The notes under the pieces were generated by a model. That model did no database searches. It was not told where the DNA came from and saw only the letters and a program-made list of their open reading frames with translations. Positions 1-11,527 of a DNA stretch of 64,000 bases are shown here, piece by piece (the first letter of the stretch is position 1; each line of letters begins with the position of its first letter). This stretch comes from Marsupella aquatica. Its lineage: Eukaryota; Plantae; Marchantiophyta. Location of the stretch: NCBI GenBank assembly GCA_973895155.1, contig OZ316893.1, positions 9,425,839-9,489,838 of the forward strand, read 5' to 3'. The translations under genes and the position numbers were made by a program.

Positions 1-435
1 GTGGGCAAGCTGTGGCATGAGCAGGCAAACACTCAAAACAGAAAAATCTCACACAAAAACGGTCTGGACATTTCCTAACATTTGCTGCAGCATCAACAGA
101 GCCCTCATAGGACCCCAACTTCCCACACTGTGCACACTTAGCCTGCTTCTCCAAACAATCAGTGCACATCCAGTCTCCCTGGTGTGTTGACAGGAGGCCC
201 ACGCTTGGACAATTGTTTTCTGCAGCAAGGTCAGACTCCGGGTTGAGGTGGAAATGCCTCATGCAAGGGCCCTCACAAATGACCAGGCCCCCACCATCGT
301 CACAAATGGCACAACAATGAGCTGCCTTCTGGAAAATCTGACTTGCAGAGAAGTTAGTAGCATCTGCCCCAAGTACACCTGTGTTTCTCACCTCTGTCAC
401 ACGCTTTTTGGCTTGAATTTTAGGCTGTGCCATGC
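1..435 (-). CDS. Exon encoding EDM2/NSD-like tandem PHD zinc fingers (runs off window start)
   Basis: Manual translation from the acceptor gcgcag|g at 435 gives an open frame to position 1: MAQPKIQAKKR...HCCAICDDGGGLVICEGPCMRHFHLNPE...NNCPSVGL...WMCTDCLEKQAKCAQCGKLGSYEG...VRKCPDRFCVRFFCFECLPAHATACP. Cys spacing and the CAICDxGG..CEG.C.R.FH and C..CG.LGS words match the EDM2-type composite PHD region. Absent from the ORF track because no stop falls inside the window. Confidence 0.75.
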
Positions 436-444
436 CTGCGCATG

Positions 445-588
445 AGATAGACTCTACAATTTAGCAGACTACACAAAAAGTAAAATATATTTAGGATTTA
501 AGGTACAAAGGCATTTAGATAGACTCTACAATTTAGCAGACTGCACAGAAAGTAAAATATATTTAGCATTTAAGGTACAAAGGCATTT
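445..588. repeat. Tandem duplication, 2 x 72 bp
   Basis: agatagactctacaatttagcagact...aaggtacaaaggcattt starts at 445 and again at 517 with few mismatches. Confidence 0.9.
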
Positions 589-1202
589 GCTACTGCAATG
601 AATTGGAATGGCCACACAAGGATGCAGAGCACACATACTTTTGGTATGTTGAGCCCACACACAAAATTGATCCCCTAATACAATTTCTCCACCAACACCT
701 CAATTTTAATTGTGGCTATGATTCACCAAAGGAGATCTGCAACAACATTTCATGCATTTGAATCACATACAATAGTCGTGACATGTAAAACAGGCATTCT
801 TCGAAGAGGATTGGTATGAAGCAGTGTCATAAGGGTTGTAATTTATACATCCTAAATAGGCTATGATAGTGGCTGAGACAAATAAGTGAGGCATAAATCA
901 CATTTTGCATATTATCACATGGCCCATTAATTCATTCAACGTTGCAATGTTCACCAGGTTAAAGCAATATTAAAGCAGTCTTTCAATAGAGACTTTTAAG
1001 CGAGTTTGCTAGCCTCTTAAATTAGGATATTTTGCTTAGTGCAGGCATACTAGGATAAGTTATGTACTGTTGACCCTAAACCCTGGACCCAAAATTGCTC
1101 ATACATCAAAATTTTAAGTAAATATCCTCTGTGTTGAAGGCAGAGTGTTAAGCTATAGGTCAATGGTATCTGGTCTATGCATGTGGTGTGACAAGTGGTC
1201 CT

Positions 1203-1652
1203 CTAGAGCATGTGATCCAAACATGTGTAGACACCAAAGCCACCAGTGGTGGGGTCTGGGAGGGCAGGACAAGTGACATCACCAGGCACACTGCAGGATG
1301 GCGAGTGGTTCCAGATGATACATTGTGCTCTGTGCAAAAACCGGCATCCAAGAGAACGGTCATCCAATTCTGGGCCAGAAGCCCTACAGGCAGGACAGTC
1401 ATATTGGCAACTGTGCACACACCCTTGGCACCTAATTTGTGGCGGGTCATGTACAAGAGACACAAATACCAAGGATGTCGGGAAGGGTACTGAAGCAGGT
1501 AGAGGCCGGTTGTAGTTGTTCCTGGAAACAACAGGGTACTCAAAGTACCATGCAGACTGGGCTGGAAGGATCCCAAGTCTGACATACTCAAGGCGCAACA
1601 TCTCTGCCTTGCATGCAAGCCGCACATGTTCAGCGTTGCGGGTCCTCACCAT
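1203..1652 (-). other. Cys/His-rich ORF of unknown function, possible exon of element B cargo
   Basis: ORF contains RCQGCVHSCQYDCPAC...GCRFLHRAQC. No family recognised. Confidence 0.25.
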
Positions 1653-1953
1653 TTAAGTGTTGCTTTCGTTGTGACGTCCTCTATTCACGTCCTTTGATGA
1701 GCAAGGCGAGCAGGAGGTTGACTTGCCTCACCAACAACAACCAACCTAAACTAATCAGTTCCCACTCACTGTCTTGGTTCCAACTACAGGTCATAGTATA
1801 CACATAGCATGAAACGTGCATAGTACATATTTGATTCTGAGTTTATGAGTTTCCTAAGACAAAGAGCTTGGTGATAAACCCATGTTCTCGACGGACATGT
1901 ATATCAATCATATTAAAATCCTGTTTTTTCATCCAGAAGGACCGAAAGTCTCA

Positions 1954-4900
1954 CCTTGCAGGTTGCAGTAGAGAGAAAATTCACTGGCTATCGTGTTGTG
2001 CAAGTGAACCTCCACTGATGCCCCCGGTGTAGCCCCTCAGATGCAGGTGACACTTAGCAACTCCCAAGTTGCCTGGTCTAACAGAAAATGCTTATATCTT
2101 CAGAATTTTATAGAGCAAGTACATGATCACATGGCATTGGCCCTACCAAACTGTACGTTCACCTGATTGAATGGAGAAGCATTGCTCATTGGGGTGAATA
2201 CACTAGCAGTACTCGATGGCCCAGTTGAAGGCAAAAGAGACTACAATATTTAGAAAGAGTCAACTCTACACTTGGTTCATACACATACTTCTGGAACTAT
2301 TCATATTTGGCCTTATGGAACTCTTGCCAACTACAACTCCTACTATGCACAAGCTCACATCAACAGAGAAAGGATACAGAATGCATACTTACTATGGCTC
2401 TAAGCACCTTCACTACCTTGTTGAACCCAGTCCTGAAGTCTTTTCAGCACGTTTGCTGTGCTGTCTCCTTTGGCACCCAACACCTTAGTCCTTGATGTAA
2501 CAGAATGCGATTTTACAAGTTAGATGCTTTGGAACCTTCTATGGTCTTAGTTGAATTGATGTCACCGTAAGTGGTGAAAGACAAGGAATACAAAAGCTGG
2601 TTGAAGAGCTGTGGACAACACACTAGCAGGAAGTGCTTCAACCAATCCACTGCCAAACGGAACTCTTACACAGTCACATTCTTTCAGTAAACAGAAACTC
2701 AGTCAAACTTCATAATCAAAGTACAAACTTTGTTCACAATAAGGATCTTTCAAGAAAAGTCCCCACCACAAGGGGGTGGCAGAAAGCAGACAAGGCTTCA
2801 GGAAGATGGGAATGAAAAAAACTGCCTCCAAGCTCAATTCATCCATGGCCCAGTTCAAGGCAAAATAGACTACAACATTCAAAAAGAGTCAACTCTACAA
2901 TTGGTTCTCCAGATCAAAATGCAGCACACATACTTCTGGAACCATTCAGATTCGGCCTTGCCATTTTGTTGCCTCCAAGCTCAATTCATCCATGTCCTAC
3001 TTGAAGGCAAAACAGACAAAAATAGAGCAAAACCACTAACCAAGTAGTGTTTGACCATAGGGACAACAAATTGAAACAGAGAGAAGGCTGGCAGCCCAAG
3101 CCAATAGTCTTCCATAGGGGAGAGAGTACGATCAAGAAAGTGAAGAACATGTAGTTCTTACGCAAAAAACTCAGCAACAATAGACAAATTCACTAGCCAG
3201 AGGGAGTGAAAAGCAAATGAGTACCAAGCCAACCAACTAAGACTGACTATGAAATGCAAGTGACGTCATTACAACCAAAACAATACAACAAAGCACTTAG
3301 GCAACATTAATACAAAATTGTAGAGGAATTATATCATGCGATAGATAGTACTCGGTTCTACCTAAGGTGTACAGTCATACTCCCCTCAGGTAGAATGTGT
3401 ATGCAATTACATACACATGACGATCCCCAAGAAAGCAGACAACAGTTCCTAGCAGACAACAGTTCCTAGCAGACAACAATTCTTGCTGCGTGTCTCAGGC
3501 TGATTTTTACTTTCCAGACTTGAGAGTTGTGAAGGTAGTTTTAGTAACTTTCCTTTGACTCGATTTGGGAGCATTTGACCTATCTGCTAGCTTGTAGTTA
3601 GCTTCATGATGTCTGTACACTTTGGTGTCCAAGCCGAGCACTGATTCTTCCTCTCCTCTATTTTAGCTTCATGATATCTGTACACGTTGGTGTCCGGGCT
3701 CTAATTCTGCCTCTCCTCTATTTTTGCATCGTGATAGGCTTCGATCACAGTAGCGTATTGGAGCATGGAAATTTGAGGTCCATTTCAAGGCAGCGGGAAT
3801 AAGTACATTGATCAACTGGAGACCAGAAATGCGCATATGTGAATGTCATACCTTTCAGGCGGAAGTCATAGGTAGCAGGTAGCAAGCGTGAACTTGCAAG
3901 CAGCAACTTGCGCTCTGTTGCCCCCTGCAGCTTACTAAAAGAACACTCCACTGAGAAGCAATGACAACGGATTGGAGCTCCTCCCCAATTAATATAGTCT
4001 CCAACCAATCACGTTCATGATCTGAGGTGAGACATGACATACAATAATCGTTGATGCAGAGATCTAAGAATCGTCTCAATCCAAGGAACAAAACATCTCA
4101 CGACATCACGGACATTTTACAGTAACAAAATGCAACACCCACCCTATGCATCTATAACATTGAGTACAAACATTCATGGATTGCAAAATTACTCTTCATG
4201 CGTCACCTTCAGGTCAAGTCGTAGCTCTAGCCACAACTCATAGGTCGTAGCTCCAAGACGTAGCTGCAACCACGGCTCACAAGTCCAGCTCCCCTGTCAG
4301 CTCACATGAATAGCGCCTCCCTTCGATGCACTCCATGCATCTGCTGCCAGTTGCAACACAAATATTAAGCAGTCAATAAGCAGGGCCACTTTCATTGTAC
4401 ACAATGTCACATAAATCCTACCTAGACGGCTTGCATTGGAATCATTGTCATAATCACCCCGACCGTAGCCTTCACTGATCAATGTGAAGGGCGTGCACCT
4501 CAATGCCAGCATTCAGTGACCGCAGCTCAAACTCTAAACTCTCAGTGACCGCAGCTCAAACAACTCAACTCTCATTGACCGCACCTAAAACTCAATTTGC
4601 TGGAACTCAGCAAGTCAAAGCGACTATAGCACGAGTAAGAACACCCTTTACCTCACTATAGCCGAAAGCTCTCACTGGGGCTGTCACATTTTGCAAACTG
4701 TAAACCATGGGATTAGTGAGGACCTCCGCGCACCCAGGTTGTAGCCTCTGTCTCACTCAGCATCTGGCAGACTGGCAACCCATGGCAAAAACGCAGAGCA
4801 GCAATCGGCCGTAGCGATAGACGAGAGCAACGATGACAACGATGAAAGATGGTGAATCCCAAAAGCTACTGACTCTCACCTTAAATTGCACAACTCCTGC

Positions 4901-6106
4901 CTTGTACCTTGGAGGTTGTGTACGAGCGCAACACAACCTCCAACTCCTCCCCACTAACGGTCGCAGCTCCCGGTGAAGCTTCAAGCCTTAACGATAAATG
5001 GATACCTAGAAGCACTTGCAATTAGTAGATCAATCACTCTTGCCCGAGCATGTAATGAAGAGCACAAATGTCCCCTTCGATCGGCCACTCACTGACTTGA
5101 GCTCACTGTCACTCAATGTGGACGATGTCAACAACATAAATTGTTAAGCTTCTCAGGACACAATCAATCCTCATTCTCTTGTGAGTGGAGAATGAGTTTA
5201 AAGACAACAAGAGGCCATAACATTGCCTCCACCTACAATGTATGTCATTATTGAGGTGGACTTACCAAATGTGAACTCCAATCTCTGCCCACAAGAACAA
5301 CTCCTTGCGACTCTTTCGCGCGTCCACAGATTGTCTTACTGACAATGCCAATGCAAAAAAGGGCCCGATCGCTGTTGCAACCACGATGATCCACCTCACG
5401 CTAGATAGTTGGCCTTCAAGATCACTCCCCACTTTTTCGCAGCTCCTCAGTTCTACGTCGCAGCTCCCCGATCCTCCACAACCCCTTGTCCACGGTAGTG
5501 CTGCAACAAAATAAGCTCCTGGTCGCAGCTCCTCAGTTATCGGTCACAGCTGCAACAACATAAGCTCATAGTAAGTCGGCCTAAACCCACAGCTCAGTCC
5601 TCCAATGACAAAATACCTAAACCTTGGCCCAAATGCGAGCTCCCGATAGTATTCAGACCTTGCAGCATTCAACTGGAAGCGCACAATGGAGAAGAGCTTG
5701 AAGGTCGCACACCTGACAAAATCAATCATGGATTGATCTATGAGCTGGATATTGGAGTCTGTGTCTCTCGTCTGAGGCTTCCGATCATCTGCTCTAGTCC
5801 AAAGCTCCCAAAAGTATAGAGGACAGATGTACACTCAAGCACGACAAGCGGGAGTGAAGTCCGTAAAGCTCCTCGCCCTAAACGATGGTTGTTGGTAAGC
5901 ACAATGGACATCCAAGTTTTTCCTTGACAGAAACCTCCGAGTTCCCGCGCACCTTCAACTCCCATTTGCACTCTGCTGGTGTGTTTCCTGTTGAAAAACC
6001 CGCGAACCCTAAACTCGTATCCAAAGGCAAACTCATGCACAATGCATACCTTAACACTTAGTGAGAGAACTGAACCCAGTGACACTCGACCACTTTGCGT
6101 TGACAT
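1954..6106 (-). pseudogene. Degenerate multi-exon gene of unknown function
   Basis: ATG at 6106, donor aag|gtatgc near 6049 and acceptor ttcaacag| near 5987 give ...RA*VYICPLYFWELWTRADD...FQLNAARSEYYRELAFGPR with two TGA stops compatible with CGA>TGA. Further minus-strand donors near 5265 (gtaagt), 4651, 3851 and 1955. Confidence 0.35.
3434..3484. repeat. Tandem repeat, 3 x 17 bp
   Basis: agcagacaacagttcct three times, third copy slightly diverged. Confidence 0.85.
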
Positions 6107-7891
6107 GAGCCGTAAACCCTAAAGCAAATTTGACACAACACAATATGAGCAAAGATTAAATGAACGCACAGGGCTAGGATTAACCTTACAATAGCCTTGT
6201 TGCATGTTCATTAATTAAGAGCACAAATGATGAGCCTAAAAGAAAACTAATACTATCTAAGATCAAGCCTTCTTCATATGCATATATATATATATATATG
6301 TATAGCATGCAAAAATATAGTAGTTGGACATCCAATGTTCTATGGCTGGTATAGAGGGTAGGACAAGTGGTAAAGATGGAGAAAATTAGAGATTGACTAC
6401 AAAAAGCATTAAGTTAGGTTAATAACAAGGTTTGACAAAGCCGGCCTTTTTTGTTTGAATGGGGCTGAGGCTTCATTGTGTCTAAATGGGGTCAGGAGTA
6501 ATTATGGTTTAGAATGGTATGACTAAACTATTATTAAATTGATGTGGAATGACATATGGTGTATCCAAAATCATATGTATATGGTCGTGGATCCCATACT
6601 TTAAGGTTTAAGGGTTCAAATGTAGTGGTCTCATAAGTTGTACTCTAATGTAGAGTCACTTGTATAACTTCACCCTAATTGCCTTAACTAAGTTATAGTT
6701 GCAACTTACCTAAAAGTTGTAAACATGACTTGGCAAAACTTCACCAAAACTCAGTCAAGAAGGTGTGACTAACATGACACCAACAACCTTGGAGTCGCTA
6801 TTTCATGAAGGTCTTGGACAAGTCACACATCTCCAGGTCTCAAAACGGGTGGATTTCTTCTAGTGGCTTCTCCCCATCTCGAGTTATCCAACAACTGTTC
6901 ACCACTCCAACCTGCTTTGCATCCTCTCGGACCCCACGAGTATCATTCATGCCATAAATGTGCTTCACCAGGTTCTTGGCAACATTTACTTCAATATGCA
7001 TGGGGTCCAACAACCATCGTATCTGGAGGATCTGCAAAATGAGTGGAGAATCAGGTTTTGTTAGTAAGAAATTCATAAAGAAAATAAGTCTACAAGTCAC
7101 TAACTTAAAAGAAGGTAAATTTATTTTACTTACCCTCCAATATGGCAAGTCCCATAAAGCTGAGCGCCTATTGACACCACAGTGCTTGGGTTGAAGTAAC
7201 TTTGCCTCCACTTTCTCTGCCATCTGAATTTGGGCCTCAGCTGAGGGCCCATTGGGACATGGCCTAAACTCAGTCTCAGCCCAATGTGTGGTATTATGTC
7301 GCAAGATATCATCCATTGGTAATTGAACCCTACTGCCCTCATATGTGGTTTTGTGCAAGTGGTTAGAATATCTCCCATGAAGGGCAAGCAGAATAACCAG
7401 CCACCTTCAACCCAGATTGTGGCCATACCTGTGAATGAATCAAAAAAAATTGTCAGGCCATAAACATTGACCCATGCAATAGGACCCTGCACAATGCATG
7501 TCAAAAATTTTCAGTGACTGAGCATTACCTGGACCATTAGTGGTGCAGTGGGTGATCATCGCCCTCATCTGAAATGTCCTCCCATTATCCGGTGCACGAG
7601 TGACATCTGTGGTCACTGCCCCAAACTCCCATAGCTTTTGCAATTCTTCATAAGCTGGAGCCAAACAAATATCCGGACTCTTACAGGCTTGAGGACCAGG
7701 AATGATAGCAAGGAGAAGAACATGACCTTTCTTCATCGCCAACCATGGAGGGATATTCTGATTTATCAAGAGAACTGGCCATATGGACTTAGGCTTGCGT
7801 CGTTGCTTGTATGGGTTTACCCCATCTATTGCCAACCCCAATCAAACATTCCGCGGCTCCAAAGAAAAATCAGGCCAAGTGGTGTCAATAT

Positions 7892-8178
7892 CTCGGGGGG
7901 TTAACTTAGTGTATATTTTGGGGTACCACGTGCGATCCTAGCCTAATATAAACACACCTATTTTATAATGAGAATATTCTAAAAATATTCTCTATTTTCA
8001 ATAGTAATGACCTATTTTACTTTATAAAAGGTATATATTAGAGAATATTCTACAAATATAGGTTTATAATACCTTCTTTTTCTTCCTATGCTTTTTAAAA
8101 ATTTAGCTAATTTATATGAAAAATACCTATTTTGGATCGCACGTGGTTCCTAAGATTGTTGATAGTCAACCCCCCGAG
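7892..8178. mobile_element. 287-bp MITE with 8-bp TSD, inserted in the transposase exon
   Basis: TIRs ctcggggggttaact / agtcaaccccccgag; TSD gtcaatat at 7884-7891 and 8179-8186; inner inverted repeat ccacgtgcgatcc / ggatcgcacgtgg. Removing it restores WKHIDTTWPDF. Confidence 0.95.
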
Positions 8179-9629
8179 GTCAATATGCTTCCACGCTGGG
8201 CTATCGTGGTGATACCGCATAATCCCTGGTGAGAACTTGTTCTCAGCATGCCAAGTTTGGAGTGCCGATAGATGTTTCCATCGATACAGATGTTGTAGTC
8301 GGGGTGTGATCGGGAAATACCTGAAGACCTGCAAAAACCATAGTCACAACGAACCCTCCGACATTAATTGAGATTAAACGTCGAACAAATCATCGTGTTA
8401 TCTTAAATACCTTGTGATACACGAGGTAAATTGAGACGACGTTCATAACGTCGGCAGGTTTAAAGTAACCTCGTCAGTAATGACGTTAATAATTTTACAT
8501 CGTTGAGTAAGACGTAAGGTACGTCGTATATACTATGATACGTAAGATACCTCCTGATATACGTTGTAAAAGTTTGTTACGTTAACCTAGACGTTAAATG
8601 GGAAAAAGCCGCACTAGACAATGTAAACAACATTTTTTGAAATGTAACTCTATGGACTCCTACGTTAATTTTGTAACAAATGTCTTCCGATCATAGCAGG
8701 AGATCTTATCTCACCTTCTCTGGAATTTTTTTGCCAATGGTGTTGGGCCGGTATCGTGGAAGCTTACATTGTGCCTCTGGGCACTCTGTGTGGTCCAAGT
8801 ATGTCCCTCTGTACAGGATGCATCCACTTGGACACATATGGATAGTCTCTAAAGCCAATCCGATTGAGGTTAACAACTTCTTAGCTTCCCTCACACAAGC
8901 AGGAAGAGTGTTTGGTTGGGGCAAGAGTTTTTGGTGGAATAGCTGGAAGAGTGCATCTGTATGGACGTCTGAAGTGTTGAAAACTCCCTGCAAATTCAAC
9001 ATCAGCAAAGTGGCACCCAACTTGCATTCGTGAAACCAGGGGATAATTAGTTTGAGGTATGACATTGGGTGTGGCCTGTACAAGTTCATAAGTAGAGTCT
9101 TGGGCTGGATCAAACCCTGAATTCATTAAATATTGTGAAAAAAAGAAGCTTACCGTGATGATGGAGAATCCAAGAAGAGTGGAGTTCTGGCTTCCATTTC
9201 CAACTGGTCCCAATCATCCTGGTCTACTTCTATGGTAGGCCTCATGCCCTCAGGTGCATGTGGTCCAAAGTGAACGTCCACAAGGTGGGCAAAAGCATCC
9301 TCTTCAAGAATGGGTGCATCCCCCTCATCTCCATCATCCTCATCAAACTCTCCATCATATGCATCATGGTACTCCTCATGGTCACTATCCAAATCATCAG
9401 GCTCCAAGTCATCATCTTCATCATCATCAAAATTTAGAGTGGCACGTAGGTGAAAGGCACGCGCTGACATTGTCATCATGGATGGGTGAGGTGTAGGAGT
9501 AACATATGCACCATCCTACAATTGTGAAATCCAATATTTGATACAAAGTCATATATAATCAAACGCAATAAACGACGCAACAATGTATTATGCAACAATG
9601 GGTCCATAAATTACGAATATGTCATATCG

Positions 9630-10441
9630 TCAATGCCAATCATAATCTACAAGAATCTCTTCCCCTGCTCTAATGGTGCGGGTAGCATGGGTCAAGATGT
9701 AATGCGTACAAGCCATGGGCAAACGAGGGTGAGTCTGGTCATGGTACTCATGCCACTCAGCGTTTGGCCTAAAACCTGAACGCCGAGAACCCAATGTGCT
9801 ATTGATGTAACCCGCCAGGTTTATAGTGCGCGGCGGGTAACCATCCATCTGAGCATACCTAGGGTCAAGCTTGACCGACATGCCATATCGACCAAAGGTC
9901 GAACATTGTCAAGACAAGATGCGCCATCGTTGAGCAGAATACTTAGGCCCATAGAATGGAAAGAGCTAAGGCAAGTCCTCGGGCGCACAACCATTAGGGA
10001 CCACAATATCTACAAGCGCAAATAATCCAAGGCCTACACCAGGGCCCAATGTGGAGGGGAGGAGGACCCATGGGCGATCCCAAACTATGATAGGCTCCCT
10101 AATTGGAAGGTCCACAAGGAGCCCAAATTGGGTAGGGAAGGAGTCCTTTACAATTTCCAAGGCTCTCCCATGCAACTCTCTCGGTGCCCGAGCAATAGAT
10201 GCATCAAGAAAGGACAATGTGGTGGCCTCACCCTAGGCGGACGAGACTCCAAAGACCGTGGTCTAGTATTGACCACGACTCCCCTCTCAATAGGGTGCAC
10301 CTGTGAAACCCTCCTCCTATCAAAAACACGGTCTATTGCCCTCAAAGTGGCATCTAGAGCTGATGGGGGCACCAGTGCAGTCAGAGCTCGACGTGCAACC
10401 TCTCTCATGCTGTCCTTAGGAGGTGACGGCACAACCAAAAT
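9630..10441 (-). pseudogene. SET-domain (lysine methyltransferase-like) terminal exon inside the transposase intron
   Basis: Acceptor ggaacag|att at 10441. After a 1-nt frameshift near 10219 it reads ...PWVLLPSTLGPGVGLGLFALVDIVVP...LP*LFPFYGPKY...LS*QC...MDGYPPRTINLAGYINS...PNAEW...YILTHATRTIRAGEEILVDYDWH*. This shows the SET signatures GxGLFA, (R/G)(F/Y)IN, PN and A.R.I..GEEI..DY. Confidence 0.85.
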
Positions 10442-10877
10442 CTGTTCCACATGTAAGCAAGAAAATCTCAGCATGCCAGCAAACTTGAGCATTCATGATT
10501 GAAGGCAAAGTATGCCCACCCTGGTAATAGTTAAAGTTAAGCAAAATGGTTTTGCAATAAGAAGGAAACTCACCTCGGGTATTGGTGGTACATGACAACC
10601 ATGCATCCCTAAATGGCTAACGACAGTAGTCCTCTCGTGAGATACAACACCCTTGCATCGTCTACAAGGGCAAGGCATCTTCCGGACTGGTCCAATCCCA
10701 TGAAGAGCAGCCATGGCCTCTCCAAACCCCTCGTCCAAAGAGGAAGGTGAGCTGTGACCATGGGGCTCTGGATGACGATGAACGTCATATGGCTGATGGG
10801 GGCTCCTATCTCTCCTATCCTCCTGCCTCTGTCGATGGTGATGACGTCGGGATCTACGACGTCTCGACCTCCTCTCA

Positions 10878-10990
10878 GGCGAGTAGTCCCTCCTCCTCTC
10901 CTGAGAGTAGTCCCTCCTCCTTCTTGGCGAGTCGTCCCTCCTCCGCTCTGGCGAGTAGTCCCTCCTCCTATCAGGAGAATAATCCCTATC
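10878..10990 (-). repeat. 24-bp coding tandem repeat (RRRDYSPE, 4-5 copies)
   Basis: gagtagtccctcctcc unit recurs every 24 bp on +; encodes RDYSPDRRRDYSPERRRDDSPRRRRDYSQERRRDYSPER in transposase exon 1. Confidence 0.9.
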
Positions 10991-11174
10991 ACTATCATGA
11001 TGCCGGTATCTGCGACCAACAATCGTATCCCCATCATCTGTGTCATCGGACAGAGAGTCATAGATCACCATGTCCTGCAACCAATAAAACCATCTCTCAT
11101 TTGAGAAAAACCTATACAAAACCCCTCACAAAAACCCATCCTTAAAACCCTACAAATTACAACCTAATATTAGT

Positions 11175-11370
11175 TTTAACGTCGTTTTTTTCAAAAACCC
11201 TAACATTTAACGTCCCGCTTAAACCCCGTCCGATGTCGGTTACATCTTACAGAACGACGTTCCTAAACTTAACGTCATTTAGGACAAGGTGCTCATAGGA
11301 AATGTCGTTTGGAAGAGACGTAAATGGGACGTTAAAGCGACGTTAAAGAGACGTTAAAACGACGTAAATT
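11175..11370. promoter_or_regulatory. Cluster of TTAACGTC/GACGTTAA motifs in the divergent intergenic region of element A
   Basis: About nine copies, mostly ttaacgtc on the left and gacgttaaa/gacgtaaat on the right, between two divergently oriented genes. Confidence 0.7.
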
Positions 11371-11527
11371 TCAAGAAACGGCGAGCCCGCGAGGTTAAGC
11401 GTTTCCCCGGTCATTTCCTTCAGAAAACATCGGGGTCGTGTTTGAATGCGAGTCACATTCAACATTCCCCAATGCACCTCTAATCCTCACCTCTCTTGGT
11501 CTCCTCTACCTCACAGAATTGCCCGCC

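Larger units (their letters stand above)
1..6865. mobile_element. CACTA element B, right-hand part (left end not found in window)
   Basis: ...ggatttcttcTAGTG ends at 6865 (reverse complement CACTAGAAGAAA), exactly where the element A transposase frame loses homology. No matching left terminus with a gct TSD was seen in 1-6800, so its extent is inferred. Confidence 0.55.
6866..11071 (-). pseudogene. CACTA TnpD-like transposase (transposase-associated Zn domain plus Transposase_21-type core)
   Basis: Exons 11071-10574 (CPCRRCKG...SHLGMHG), 9515-9154 (acidic), about 9021-8715 (LLPQPNTLP...EAKKLL..IGL..ETIHMCPSGCILYRG), 8328-7529 (VFRYFPITPRLQ..DSPAWKHID[MITE]TTWPDFSLEPRNV*LGLAIDGVNPY...NIPPWL), 7428-7134 (LWDLPYW) and 7031-6866 (LDPMHIEVNV). 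Disabled by stops, a frameshift, a MITE and a mutated acceptor. Confidence 0.93.

Noticed and set aside
3434-4590. Short direct repeats considered as a CRISPR-like array
   Set aside because: Simple tandem duplications without unique spacers, in eukaryotic TE DNA.
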